A stretch of 63,714 nucleotides of DNA, taken from Actinomycetes bacterium. Lineage in GTDB: Bacteria; Actinomycetota; Acidimicrobiia; Acidimicrobiales; Palsa-688. The notes below the pieces were generated by a model. That model saw only the letters and a program-made list of their open reading frames with translations, was not told the origin of the DNA and ran no database searches. The position numbers and the translations under genes were made by a program. This document shows, in pieces, positions 27,619 through 36,185 of the stretch (positions are counted from its first letter, which is position 1; each line of letters starts with the position of its first letter). The stretch is from NCBI GenBank assembly GCA_021787035.1, contig JAJYMM010000097.1:1-63714 (forward strand), written 5' to 3'.

Positions 27619-28973
27619 GCCCCAGACGGCCGGCGGCGCAAGCCGATCAGGTACATGCCGTCTGTCCCCGCCGACTGAGGTAGGAGCAACGCCCCTGGCC
27701 CGAGGGGCTCCCACGGTGGCCCAGGCGGCGGCAGTATCTCCCATCCGGGAACTAGCCGGGCTGCGAGCCACTGCCCGACGCCTGAGGTTTCTTCCTTCGT
27801 GAGAGTGCAAACGCTGTAAGCGATCAGCCCACCGGGCGCGACGAGGGGGACCGCCGCGGCGAGGAGCCGCCTCTGGAGACCTGCCAAGCGGGCAACGTCC
27901 TCAGGGCGCACCCGCCAGCGGGCGTCCGGGCGGCGCCGGAGGACGCCCAAGCCGCTGCAGGGAGCATCGACCAGGACCGCGCCGAAGCTGCCCGGGCGGA
28001 ACGGGGGTGCAGCGCCGTCTGCTACGACCGGGCCCAGGTTGGAGAGCCCGAGGCGTGCCGCGTTTGCCGCCACCACACGGGACCGCGCCGCCGAGAGGTC
28101 GCCGGCGACGACGAAGGGTGCGTGGGCCGCCAGAAGGGTGGCCTTGCCGCCCGGAGCAGCGCACATGTCGAAAACTGAGCGGCCTCTCCCGCACCCTGTC
28201 GCTCCCCCGGGTGCGGTGCCAACGCGCTCGTCCGCCCAGCGCGCGACCTGCTCCCCGACGGCTTGGCTTCCGGGGTCCTGGACGTAGCCGTCGTCCCTCT
28301 TCGACACGACGGCGGCCTCGTCCATTTTTGCGAGCGCAGCCAGGGCTCGTTCACGCCCGAGGTCGGCTGACAAGCGCCGTAGTACCCAGTCGGGATAACT
28401 GAGGCGGGTTCCCGCATCGGGCCACTGGACTGGGCCAGCCGCGACGAGCTCGCCTACCCGGCGGAGCACGGCGTTTAGGAGCGGCCGGGCGCGCCTCGGA
28501 CAAAGGTCGACCGCTTCGGAGACGGCGGCGTAAGGCGGGACCCGCATGAAGGCGAGCTGGTAACAACCCGTACGGGCAGCAGCACGCACAATTGGTTCGA
28601 GCTCGCCACGGGCGAACCTCGCTATAAGCCAGTCACACGCGCGCTGCATCCGGACAGCGCCGTAAACGAGCTCGGTGGCGAAGGAGCGGTCCCGTTCGTC
28701 GAGCGACGAAGCGGCGAGCAGGCGGGGCAGGATCTCGTTCGCGCGCTCGCCGGCGTCAACGGCCACGAGAGCCGCGACGGCTAGCCCCCTGGCCGTGCCG
28801 GCAAGCCGAACATCGAGCTCGGCCCCCCGGTACTGGGAACCGCCGCGCTGGGAACCACCGCGCTGGGAACCGCCGCGCTGGGAACCGCCGCGCTGGGAAC
28901 CGCCGCGCTGGGAACCGCCGCGCTGGGGGATTTTTCGTTCGGGGCCGGTTGGCTGCGCGGCGATCTCTCTCAC
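27615..28973 (-). CDS. rsmB: 16S rRNA (cytosine967-C5)-methyltransferase RsmB/Sun
   Basis: NusB-like N-terminal domain plus a methyltransferase core (FDMCAAPGGKAT...VLVDAPCSG...AYSVCT). A GTG start at 28973 forms a GTGA overlap with the fmt stop. ORF 27615..29018 extends further upstream. Confidence 0.85.
   Translation of the reverse strand: MREIAAQPTGPERKIPQRGGSQRGGSQRGGSQRGGSQRGGSQRGGSQYRGAELDVRLAGTARGLAVAALVAVDAGERANEILPRLLAASSLDERDRSFATELVYGAVRMQRACDWLIARFARGELEPIVRAAARTGCYQLAFMRVPPYAAVSEAVDLCPRRARPLLNAVLRRVGELVAAGPVQWPDAGTRLSYPDWVLRRLSADLGRERALAALAKMDEAAVVSKRDDGYVQDPGSQAVGEQVARWADERVGTAPGGATGCGRGRSVFDMCAAPGGKATLLAAHAPFVVAGDLSAARSRVVAANAARLGLSNLGPVVADGAAPPFRPGSFGAVLVDAPCSGLGVLRRRPDARWRVRPEDVARLAGLQRRLLAAAVPLVAPGGLIAYSVCTLTKEETSGVGQWLAARLVPGWEILPPPGPPWEPLGPGALLLPQSAGTDGMYLIGLRRRPSGA
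28833..28927. repeat. 15-bp tandem repeat x6 (CTGGGAACCGCCGCG) in the rsmB N-terminus
   Basis: Direct reading. It encodes the in-frame sequence (QRGGS)6. Confidence 0.9.
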
Positions 28974-29941
28974 GCCCCGAGACGTTCCCCGGGCACGGGC
29001 CGCGTGCCTCGCAGCCAATCGGGCACCGCCAGCGGTGCCTTTCCTTCGGGCTGCACGACCAACAGCTGCAGCGTACCGGCACCCGTCCCCACCAGGTCAC
29101 CCGCGAGCTCGCCAGGCTCAAGGGCAATTGCAGGAGCTCCAGCGCCCGGGGTTGAGCCGGCGCGTATTGAGCCGGCGCGTATTGAGCCGGCGGGCACGGG
29201 GGTTTCTGCTTGGCAGCGGCCGCCATCCGCGCCCGAGTCATGGTCCACCAGCCGGGCCCGATGGACGATCAGGCGCCGGCCCCGCCAAGTGGTCCATGCC
29301 CTGCCAACCCTCACGGCGCGGAGGCAAACCTCCGCCGGCAGCTCAAAGTCCAGCCGGAGCTCCGAAGGATCGACCTTGTTGGCATAACTAGGCTCGCCAA
29401 CTTGGGCCACGGGCTCTGGAAAACCTTGGCTGAGGGCGCCAAGCAGCATCTCGGTCCCCAGGTCACCGAGGCGACCACGCAGCTCCGTCACCGTTTCCTC
29501 GGGCCCTATGCTTACGGCCCGACAGGCAAAAATAGGGCCGGTGTCCAAGCCCTCTTCCAGCTTCATCAAGCAAACACCGGTCTCTTTGTCGCCGGCCAGC
29601 ACAGCCCTCTCCACCGGTGCCGCACCCCGCCAGCGCGGCAGGAGGGAGAAGTGGACATTGACCATCGGCACCTTCTCGAGCACGTCCGGCTTGATGATGC
29701 GCCCGTAGGCAACGACCACCCCAAGCTCGGCGCCCGAACCCACCACCGCGGCCGCATCGTAGGAGACGGGAAGGCCGAGCTCGGCCGCCACGACCTTCAC
29801 TGGGCTCGGCCCAAGCTCCCCTCCTCGGCCCCGGCGTGCGTCCCGCCTGGTCACCACCACGCGAACATCGTGGCCCGCGCCAACTATCGACCGAAGTGTC
29901 GCGGCCGCGACCGTAGGGGTGCCTAGGAAGGCGAGGTGCAA
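28970..29941 (-). CDS. fmt: methionyl-tRNA formyltransferase
   Basis: Motifs FLGTP...HFSLLPRWRGAAP...GVCLMKLEEGLDTGPI. Confidence 0.9.
   Translation of the reverse strand: MHLAFLGTPTVAAATLRSIVGAGHDVRVVVTRRDARRGRGGELGPSPVKVVAAELGLPVSYDAAAVVGSGAELGVVVAYGRIIKPDVLEKVPMVNVHFSLLPRWRGAAPVERAVLAGDKETGVCLMKLEEGLDTGPIFACRAVSIGPEETVTELRGRLGDLGTEMLLGALSQGFPEPVAQVGEPSYANKVDPSELRLDFELPAEVCLRAVRVGRAWTTWRGRRLIVHRARLVDHDSGADGGRCQAETPVPAGSIRAGSIRAGSTPGAGAPAIALEPGELAGDLVGTGAGTLQLLVVQPEGKAPLAVPDWLRGTRPVPGERLGA
29152..29195. repeat. 15-bp tandem repeat x~3 (TTGAGCCGGCGCGTA) inside the fmt C-terminal region
   Basis: Direct reading. It encodes the in-frame sequence AGSIRAGSIRAGS. Confidence 0.85.
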
Positions 29942-29995
29942 TTGCCCAAAAGGTGCTGGCGAACTAATGACAAGCTGACTCCAAAGGATCCGTGG

Positions 29996-30553
29996 CTAGG
30001 CCCTGGGCTCCCGGCCGGCAGGTGCCACCTCGCGGGCCGAGTGGCCCTCAGCGCGCCGGCGCAGCTCACGCATGGCCTGCTTGCGCTGCTCCGCGTCCAG
30101 GCGCTCGAGCAACAGGTGGCCGTCCAGGTGGTCGACCTCGTGCTGGTAAAGCTTTGCCTCCATGTCCTCTCCCTCGTAGGAGACCTCCCGGCCGTCGATG
30201 TCGTAACCCCTGACACGGACGCGCTTGGCGCGGGTGATGTGGAACCAAAGGCCGGGCACCGACAGGCACCCTTCCTCGTGCTCCCATTCGCCCTCGGCCT
30301 CTTCGAGGACCGGGTTGATGACAGTCCGCGGTCCGCTGTTGCCGATTTCGTAGACGAATATCCGCTTGGACACCCCAATCTGCGGTGCAGCCAGGCCCAC
30401 CCCATTCGCCTCCCTCATCACGGCGTGCATCTCGTCGACCAAGCGCGCGACGCGCTCGTCGATATCGGTCACCTCCTCGGCACGCCGCCTGAGCACGGGG
30501 TCACCAAAGGTCCGGATCCTGTAGGGGGCCACGCGCAACATCATACGGGGCAA
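29996..30553 (-). CDS. def: peptide deformylase
   Basis: Motifs GVGLAAPQIG...EGCLSVPG...HEVDHLDG. Confidence 0.9.
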   Translation of the reverse strand: MPRMMLRVAPYRIRTFGDPVLRRRAEEVTDIDERVARLVDEMHAVMREANGVGLAAPQIGVSKRIFVYEIGNSGPRTVINPVLEEAEGEWEHEEGCLSVPGLWFHITRAKRVRVRGYDIDGREVSYEGEDMEAKLYQHEVDHLDGHLLLERLDAEQRKQAMRELRRRAEGHSAREVAPAGREPRA

Positions 30554-30598
30554 GGGTCCCGCGAGGCCCGCTTGAGCACTACGCTCCGGTCCTGGGTC

Positions 30599-31459
30599 CT
30601 ACGCGGCCGCGGCCGGCTGGACTACGAAACTCCCTTCCATGCCTTCTTGGGCATGGCCGGGGACGGGACAGAAGTAGCTGTAGGTGCCCGCCGACGACGC
30701 TGTGAAGCTGAGCATCCCGGCGTGCATCCCGGCAGAGGTCTTCTCACCCAGGAACCAAAGGGCAGCCCCGGGGAAGGCCGGCCGCGCAGTCATCATCGGC
30801 ATCCAAGAACTGCCGGCACCCCGGGCCGACAGGACTAAGCCGTGGGCCATGTCGTCGTCGGCGTTCACCAGCTCGATAGAAACATGCGCTCCTTCCGCCA
30901 CGACGACCGTCGGGTCCGTCAACCGGGCGATCTTGAAGTTCTCGGCCGGCATCGACGGGCTCGCCAGCACGGCGAAAGAGACGTCCTGGCCCGAGAAGGT
31001 TACGGTGTTGGTGGAGCGGTCCACAGTTGCGCCCGAGGGTACCTCCGCGCCCAACTGGGCCGCTTGGGCGGGGCTCACGCGAGGTCCGGGGGCGCCGGCG
31101 AAGAGCCTGCCCATGACCTTGCCCATGTTGTCGCTGCCTTGCGTGAACGAACCAGGAAGAGAACCGCCCATCATCCAGCCCGGCGCGCCACTGCCGCCCA
31201 TCATCCAGGAGTAGCCGCTGGCGCCCATCATCCAGGAGTAGCCGCCCCCCATCATCCCCCCGTACCCTGCGCTCTGCTGGGGGGCGTACCGCTTGGCGAC
31301 GGCGAGGTAATAGGCATAACTGGCCTTGGCGCTCGCCGGTGTCAACGTCTGGGCGGGGGCGCCCGGGCCGCCCGAGAGGCCGATGCCGAGGCCAGCCCCG
31401 AGGCCGCCGGCAGCCAATACGAGAGCTGTAGCGAGGACCGTCAGTTGCTTGCGGTTCAT
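30599..31459 (-). CDS. secreted cupredoxin (type-1 copper, azurin-like C-x4-H-x4-M site) with a Met-rich MMGG region
   Basis: Signal peptide from MNRKQLTVLATALVLAAGG, with an SD before the ATG at 31459. Four (G/W)MMGG motifs are present. The C-terminal YFCPVPGHAQEGMEG is a copper site. ORF 30599..31600. Confidence 0.7.
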   Translation of the reverse strand: MNRKQLTVLATALVLAAGGLGAGLGIGLSGGPGAPAQTLTPASAKASYAYYLAVAKRYAPQQSAGYGGMMGGGYSWMMGASGYSWMMGGSGAPGWMMGGSLPGSFTQGSDNMGKVMGRLFAGAPGPRVSPAQAAQLGAEVPSGATVDRSTNTVTFSGQDVSFAVLASPSMPAENFKIARLTDPTVVVAEGAHVSIELVNADDDMAHGLVLSARGAGSSWMPMMTARPAFPGAALWFLGEKTSAGMHAGMLSFTASSAGTYSYFCPVPGHAQEGMEGSFVVQPAAAA

Positions 31460-31708
31460 GGTGAATGTCCCCTTTCTTTGTTCAGGTTCAGGCGGGCCGT
31501 TCCCTGGCGAGCGCCACGGCAGAGCCGGCCGGCGCGGCCTGCGGCTTGCTTTGCACAGTTCCCACCTTGCCGCTCCCCTGCAGGTGGGGGGCAGGGCCAT
31601 CGGGCCCTTGGGGCCGTGACCTATGGCCCTACCCCCTAGGGGTACCCTGACGCCATCCTGAACCTGAAGCGCCCGGGTTTCACTGGGCGCACATGGAGGT
31701 GGTCAGAC

Positions 31709-31987
31709 ATGATGTTCTGGTACGGGAGCGGCTGGGGCTGGTGGCAGGGCGTGCTCAGCGTCGTGTTCATGCTCGCTTTTTGGGGCCTGGTCGCCTGGGG
31801 GATCTACGCCCTCGCGAGGAGCTCCCGAGGGCCAGCCCCGCGGGCCAGCACCTATGACGCCCTCATGATTTTGGACGAGCGCCTAGCACGGGGAGAGATC
31901 GACCAGGAGCAGTACCGGGCCGCACGCGAGCTGATCAGGACAGGTGGCGGGGCCGGCCCGACGGCACCGACGGGAGGCGCGTGGTGA
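31709..31987 (+). CDS. SHOCT-domain membrane protein
   Basis: Trp-rich TM segments followed by ILDERLARGEIDQEQYRAARELI, a SHOCT motif. Confidence 0.6.
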   Translation: MMFWYGSGWGWWQGVLSVVFMLAFWGLVAWGIYALARSSRGPAPRASTYDALMILDERLARGEIDQEQYRAARELIRTGGGAGPTAPTGGAW

Positions 31988-32364
31988 CGCCGGCCAGCCT
32001 GCCCGAGACCGGGCTTGGCGAGAGCGCTTGCGCTCGCGAAGCCCCGCCGGCAACGGGGAGCCCCGGGCGGGCCCTGCACCCTGTCAGGGGCTACACCTCG
32101 GACAAAGGCGACTACTTGAGCCGGCTCAAAAAGATCGAGGGCCAGGTACGCGGCCTGCAACGGATGATCGAGGCCGACAAGTGGTGCCCAGACATCGTGA
32201 CCCAGGTCGCCTCGGCCACCCGCGCCCTCCAGGAGGTGGCGGTCGTGCTCCTGTCCGAGCACCTCCGCCACTGCGTGCTCGGGGCCGCCCGCTCCGAAGA
32301 TGGTAAGCCGGAGGTGCTCCTGGACGAGGTCGCGGGCACGATCCGCCAGGTGGTCCGGCTCTAG
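31981..32364 (+). CDS. csoR: CsoR/RcnR-family metal-sensing repressor
   Basis: Motifs RLKKIEGQVRGLQRMIEADKWCPDI...LLSEHLRHC, a Cys/His/Cys metal site. The true start is probably downstream of 31981. Confidence 0.75.
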   Translation: MVTPASLPETGLGESACAREAPPATGSPGRALHPVRGYTSDKGDYLSRLKKIEGQVRGLQRMIEADKWCPDIVTQVASATRALQEVAVVLLSEHLRHCVLGAARSEDGKPEVLLDEVAGTIRQVVRL

Positions 32365-32385
32365 GGCCTGCTCAGGCTGGATCCC

Positions 32386-33120
32386 GTGGACGACGTCGAG
32401 CTCAACAAGAGGGCCGTGGTGGTAGACGACGACCCCTCGGTCCAGGCGGTCGTGCGCGCCTACCTCGAGCGCGACGGCTTCTTGGTCTACGTGGCGGCCA
32501 ACGGGGCCGAGGGCCTCGCCACCGCCGAGCGGGTAAAGCCGGCACTGATAGTGCTCGACCTGATGCTCCCGGACCGCCCCGGCGAGGACGTCGCCCGCGA
32601 GATCAGGGCCCGTTCGGACGTGCCGATCATCATGCTCACGGCCAAGGCAGCCGAGGACGACCGGGTCGGTGGGCTTGGCCTTGGCGCTGACGACTACTTG
32701 ACAAAGCCATTCAGCCCCCGCGAGCTGGCCGCCCGTGCCCGGGCCGTGCTCCGCCGCGCTCGGAGCAGCGACGTCCCCCTGGTCGAGGTGCTCCGCTTCG
32801 ACGACGGGGCACTGGAGGTCGACACGGTCAGCCACGAGGTGCGCGTCAAAGGCCGACCGGTCGAGCTCACCCGGGCGGAGTACCGCCTGCTCACCACCCT
32901 CGCGCGCTACCCGGGGAGGGTGTACACCCGGGCCGAGCTCGTCCACCACATAGCGGGCTACGACTACGAGGGCTACGAGCGCACGATGGACGCCCATGTG
33001 AAGAACCTCCGCAAGAAGATCGAGCCCGACCCCCGCCACCCACGCTACATAGAGACCGTCTTCGGCACCGGCTACCGACTGGCGCGATCGCTGGCCGCGA
33101 CTTCCCCTTCAAAGAGATGA
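32386..33120 (+). CDS. OmpR-family response regulator (CopR/CusR-like)
   Basis: REC domain plus a winged helix. Confidence 0.8.
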   Translation: MDDVELNKRAVVVDDDPSVQAVVRAYLERDGFLVYVAANGAEGLATAERVKPALIVLDLMLPDRPGEDVAREIRARSDVPIIMLTAKAAEDDRVGGLGLGADDYLTKPFSPRELAARARAVLRRARSSDVPLVEVLRFDDGALEVDTVSHEVRVKGRPVELTRAEYRLLTTLARYPGRVYTRAELVHHIAGYDYEGYERTMDAHVKNLRKKIEPDPRHPRYIETVFGTGYRLARSLAATSPSKR

Positions 33121-34457
33121 GCACGAGGCAGCTGGGCCTAAGGGCGCGGCTGGCCGTTGCCCTGGTCGCCGTGGCCGTGGCGGCCGTGGGGCTCGCCGCC
33201 TTCATCGGCAACATGGGCCTCAGCTCACGCCTGGAGCAAGCCGCACGGGCGCGGCTCTCGACCGAAGCGCAGCACGTAGCCGGCGTCGCCGCCGCCGTGT
33301 ACGAGGGCGCGGGGGCCTGGACGGGAGACGCCCGCACCGAGCTCACGCACCTCGCCGCCCTGGACGGCCTCCGCCTGTCGTTGCTCCTGCCCCACGGGCG
33401 AGTGCTGCCGGCTGGCCCGGCCCCCGCAGGACGGGTAGCCGGTGCCCCCGTCCTCCTCCACGGGCGCCGCCTGGCCACCGTGTCGGTCTCCTACGAGAAC
33501 GGGGCGCTCCTCTCCAATGAAGACCGGCAACTTGAAGCTTCGCTCGACCGGCTCCACCTGGTGGCGGCGGCGGTGGCGGCGTTCGCTGCGCTCGTCGTCG
33601 GGTTAGTGCTCGCCGAAGCCCTCTCGAGGCCGCTCCGGCGTATCCGGGCCACGGCCGAACAGCTCGAGCGCGGTGACCTAGAGGCGCGCGTCGAGGCCGG
33701 CGGCGAGCCCGAGGTCCGCGCCGTCGGCCGGGCCTTGAACCGGCTGGCCGAGACCCTCAGCCACGAGGAGGACCTGCGCAGGGAAAGCGTGGCCGACCTC
33801 GCCCACGAACTGCGCACACCGGTCAACGGCTTGTTGTCCCGCATCGAGGCCGCGCAGGACGGGCTCCTGCCCCATCCGGAGAACCTTGCCGCCATGCACG
33901 GCGAGGCCACCCGCCTGACGCGGCTCTTGGACGACCTCTCCCGACTCGCCGATGCCGAGCGGCCCGGCCTCCTCCTCGACAAGGCTCCCGTCAACCTGGC
34001 CGAGGTCGCAGAGGCTGTTGGCCAAGCCTTCGCCGCCCGGTTCACCAAGGCGGGCATTGCCTTCAGCTCGGGCTGCACGGCAGCCTGGGCCCTCGGGGAC
34101 CCCGGGCGCCTGGAGCAAGTTGTCGCAAACTTGCTGTCCAATTCGCTCGCCTATACGGAGCCGGGCGGGAAGGTCTCGCTCACGGCGGCGCGCAACGGCC
34201 GGGAGGCCTTCGTGGAGGTGGCCGACACCGGTGTCGGGATCGACCCCGAAGACCTGAGCCATATATACACCCGCTTTTGGCGCGGCGACCGCTCACGGTC
34301 GAGGACCACCGGCGGGAGCGGCATCGGCCTCGCCATAGTGAGAGAGCTGGTCCGCGCCCATGAGGGCCGCATCGATGTGGAGAGCGCCCCCGGACGGGGC
34401 TCCCGCTTCAAGGTGGTGCTGCCGGCGCTCGGACGAGAGCCACTAGCCCGCCTGTAG
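33117..34457 (+). CDS. sensor histidine kinase (CopS/CusS-like)
   Basis: Two TMs, HAMP, HisKA (LAHELRTPVNGL) and HATPase_c. It overlaps the response regulator by 4 bp. Confidence 0.8.
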   Translation: MSTRQLGLRARLAVALVAVAVAAVGLAAFIGNMGLSSRLEQAARARLSTEAQHVAGVAAAVYEGAGAWTGDARTELTHLAALDGLRLSLLLPHGRVLPAGPAPAGRVAGAPVLLHGRRLATVSVSYENGALLSNEDRQLEASLDRLHLVAAAVAAFAALVVGLVLAEALSRPLRRIRATAEQLERGDLEARVEAGGEPEVRAVGRALNRLAETLSHEEDLRRESVADLAHELRTPVNGLLSRIEAAQDGLLPHPENLAAMHGEATRLTRLLDDLSRLADAERPGLLLDKAPVNLAEVAEAVGQAFAARFTKAGIAFSSGCTAAWALGDPGRLEQVVANLLSNSLAYTEPGGKVSLTAARNGREAFVEVADTGVGIDPEDLSHIYTRFWRGDRSRSRTTGGSGIGLAIVRELVRAHEGRIDVESAPGRGSRFKVVLPALGREPLARL

Positions 34458-34671
34458 TTGGGGCTCAGGCGCCCGGCGGCCCGGCGCCCAATTTACGATT
34501 AATTGGCTTCGCGGCCACAAAGGAAGGCAACCGGCACTGGCAACAGCGGCCCACCAACCCCGCTGTGTATCGAACAGGCAGGGCTGGCGGTCGGAGATCC
34601 TTTTTTCGGAGCCGTGAGCCCGCTCCGAACGAGGGTCGTTGGCCGCCCTCCAAGGTCCATGAAAACCGCAG

Positions 34672-34783
34672 GGCTTCATGAGATCTTCGCAACCGGGGCC
34701 AAAGCTCGCCGCCCCACCCTGCGCCGGCGCCGCTGTAGCTCGTCGGCTTCATGAGATCTTCGCAACCGGGGCCAAAGCTCGCG
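34672..34783. promoter_or_regulatory. two direct copies of a 39-bp element (CTTCATGAGATCTTCGCAACCGGGGCCAAAGCTCGC) 73 bp apart, upstream of the ICMT-like gene
   Basis: Direct reading. A third, degenerate copy (CTTCACGAGATCTTCGCACGGGCAGCC) lies at 35536-35569, upstream of the next gene. Confidence 0.5.
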
Positions 34784-34785
34784 CT

Positions 34786-35718
34786 ATGGCCGACTACGCG
34801 TACGGGCTATGGGGGCTCGTCATCTTCGACTCGGTGCTCACGATCGCTTTCGCCGCGAGCTTCTTCTGGCCCCGTTCCAAGCACGACTGGCGCGCGTTCG
34901 GAGGCTTCTCCGGCTTCATCGTGGCGCTCTTCACCGAGATGTACGGTTACCCGCTCACCGTCTACCTTTTGGCCGGTCCGCTCGCCGGGGTCGTCCCGGG
35001 GGTGAACTTCTCCCACGGCGGCGGCCACCTGTGGAACGACGTGGTCGGCTGGAAGGGGGACCCTCACCTGAGCCCGTTCCACGTCGCCAGCTACCTGGTG
35101 ATCGTCGCCGGCTTCTCGCTCGTCTACGCCGCCTGGAGGGTGCTCTACGTGGCCAAGAAACGCGGCGAGCTCGCCACGGCCGGCCCCTACGCCTACGTCC
35201 GCCACCCCCAGTACCTCGGCTTCATCTTGGTAATGGCGGGCTTCTTGCTGCAATGGCCGACCTTTGTGACGCTCGCCATGTTCCCGGTCCTGCTCGTCGT
35301 GTACCGCCGGCTGGCAGCCCGGGAAGAAAGCGATGTGAGGGCCGAGTTCAAAGAGGCCTTCGACGCGTGGGCGACGACTACGCCCCCGTTTTGGCCCCAC
35401 TGGCGGTCGCTCAGGCACGCGGGAACCCCCGCTTGGCTCCTCGGGCCGCGCCTCGCCCTGGCCCGGCTCGGCACGCTCACCAACAAGACGACGACCCCAG
35501 CCGCCTTTTCTGCCCGCCACGAAGCAAGCAGGAGCCCTTCACGAGATCTTCGCACGGGCAGCCGACACTCTGGTCATGGGCGAAAGGAGCCACAAGTGTT
35601 GCGCAGCCCCATGGAGCGAAGCAGCGGTGCTGGTGCGCCTGGCCAGGCCCGCGAAGTCCCGGTCCGGGTCAAGGGTGGCCACGGCCCCGCCGTGGCCCCT
35701 CTGAGGGCCGAGCCATGA
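34786..35718 (+). CDS. ICMT/PEMT-family membrane methyltransferase with a long low-complexity C-terminal tail
   Basis: Motif YVRHPQYLGFILVMAGFLLQ and an ...EE...F..W motif in 5-6 TMs. The core is ~200 aa. The remaining ~100 codons may be tail or a frameshift. Confidence 0.6.
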   Translation: MADYAYGLWGLVIFDSVLTIAFAASFFWPRSKHDWRAFGGFSGFIVALFTEMYGYPLTVYLLAGPLAGVVPGVNFSHGGGHLWNDVVGWKGDPHLSPFHVASYLVIVAGFSLVYAAWRVLYVAKKRGELATAGPYAYVRHPQYLGFILVMAGFLLQWPTFVTLAMFPVLLVVYRRLAAREESDVRAEFKEAFDAWATTTPPFWPHWRSLRHAGTPAWLLGPRLALARLGTLTNKTTTPAAFSARHEASRSPSRDLRTGSRHSGHGRKEPQVLRSPMERSSGAGAPGQAREVPVRVKGGHGPAVAPLRAEP

Positions 35719-36074
35719 GCGCCGAGGCCGGCACCGGCCCGAGCCCGGTCTGGCCCGAGGGCGAAGGTGCGCCGCCCGACGAGTGGCCCGCTTCGGCACT
35801 TGGCCCACTTGCAGGTCCCCACGCCCGAGGTCGTACTGACCACCAGGCGCCAGCCCCCGAGGGCCACTCGGCCACCGGGCGGCACAGCCACGGCTGGATG
35901 ATGATCGCCTGCTGCATCCCGATGATCGCGATAGCTGTCGCCCTCGTAGCCACCGGGGTGGCGGGGGCGGGGTTCATCCTGGTCGCCCTGGCCTGCACGG
36001 CGATGATGGCCGCCATGCACCTGGGCATGGGCCACGGCAGCCACCGGGACGGGCATGGCCCGGGCGGGAGCTGA
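35716..36074 (+). CDS. small His/Met/Cys-rich 2-TM membrane protein
   Basis: ATG at 35716. Sequence HGWMMIACCIPMIAIAV...MMAAMHLGMGHGSHRDGHGPGG suggests metal binding. Confidence 0.45.
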
Positions 36075-36185
36075 GCCGTGCGCCGGAGCAACCCCGTATG
36101 CCAGGAGGCGTCTCTGCCTCACCAACCCGCTCGACAGCGCCGGGCAGGACGCCTAGAGAAGGCCTAGCAGGAAGACGCGGGCAAA

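Noticed and set aside
19800-27620. Sulfation island as a classical mobile genomic island
   Set aside because: No integrase, transposase, tRNA attachment site or flanking direct repeats were found. I treat it as an accessory cluster of unknown mobility.
34809-36074. 421-aa ORF spanning the ICMT-like and small membrane genes
   Set aside because: It is an alternate frame over most of its length. Only the last 119 codons (from the ATG at 35716) have membrane-protein character.
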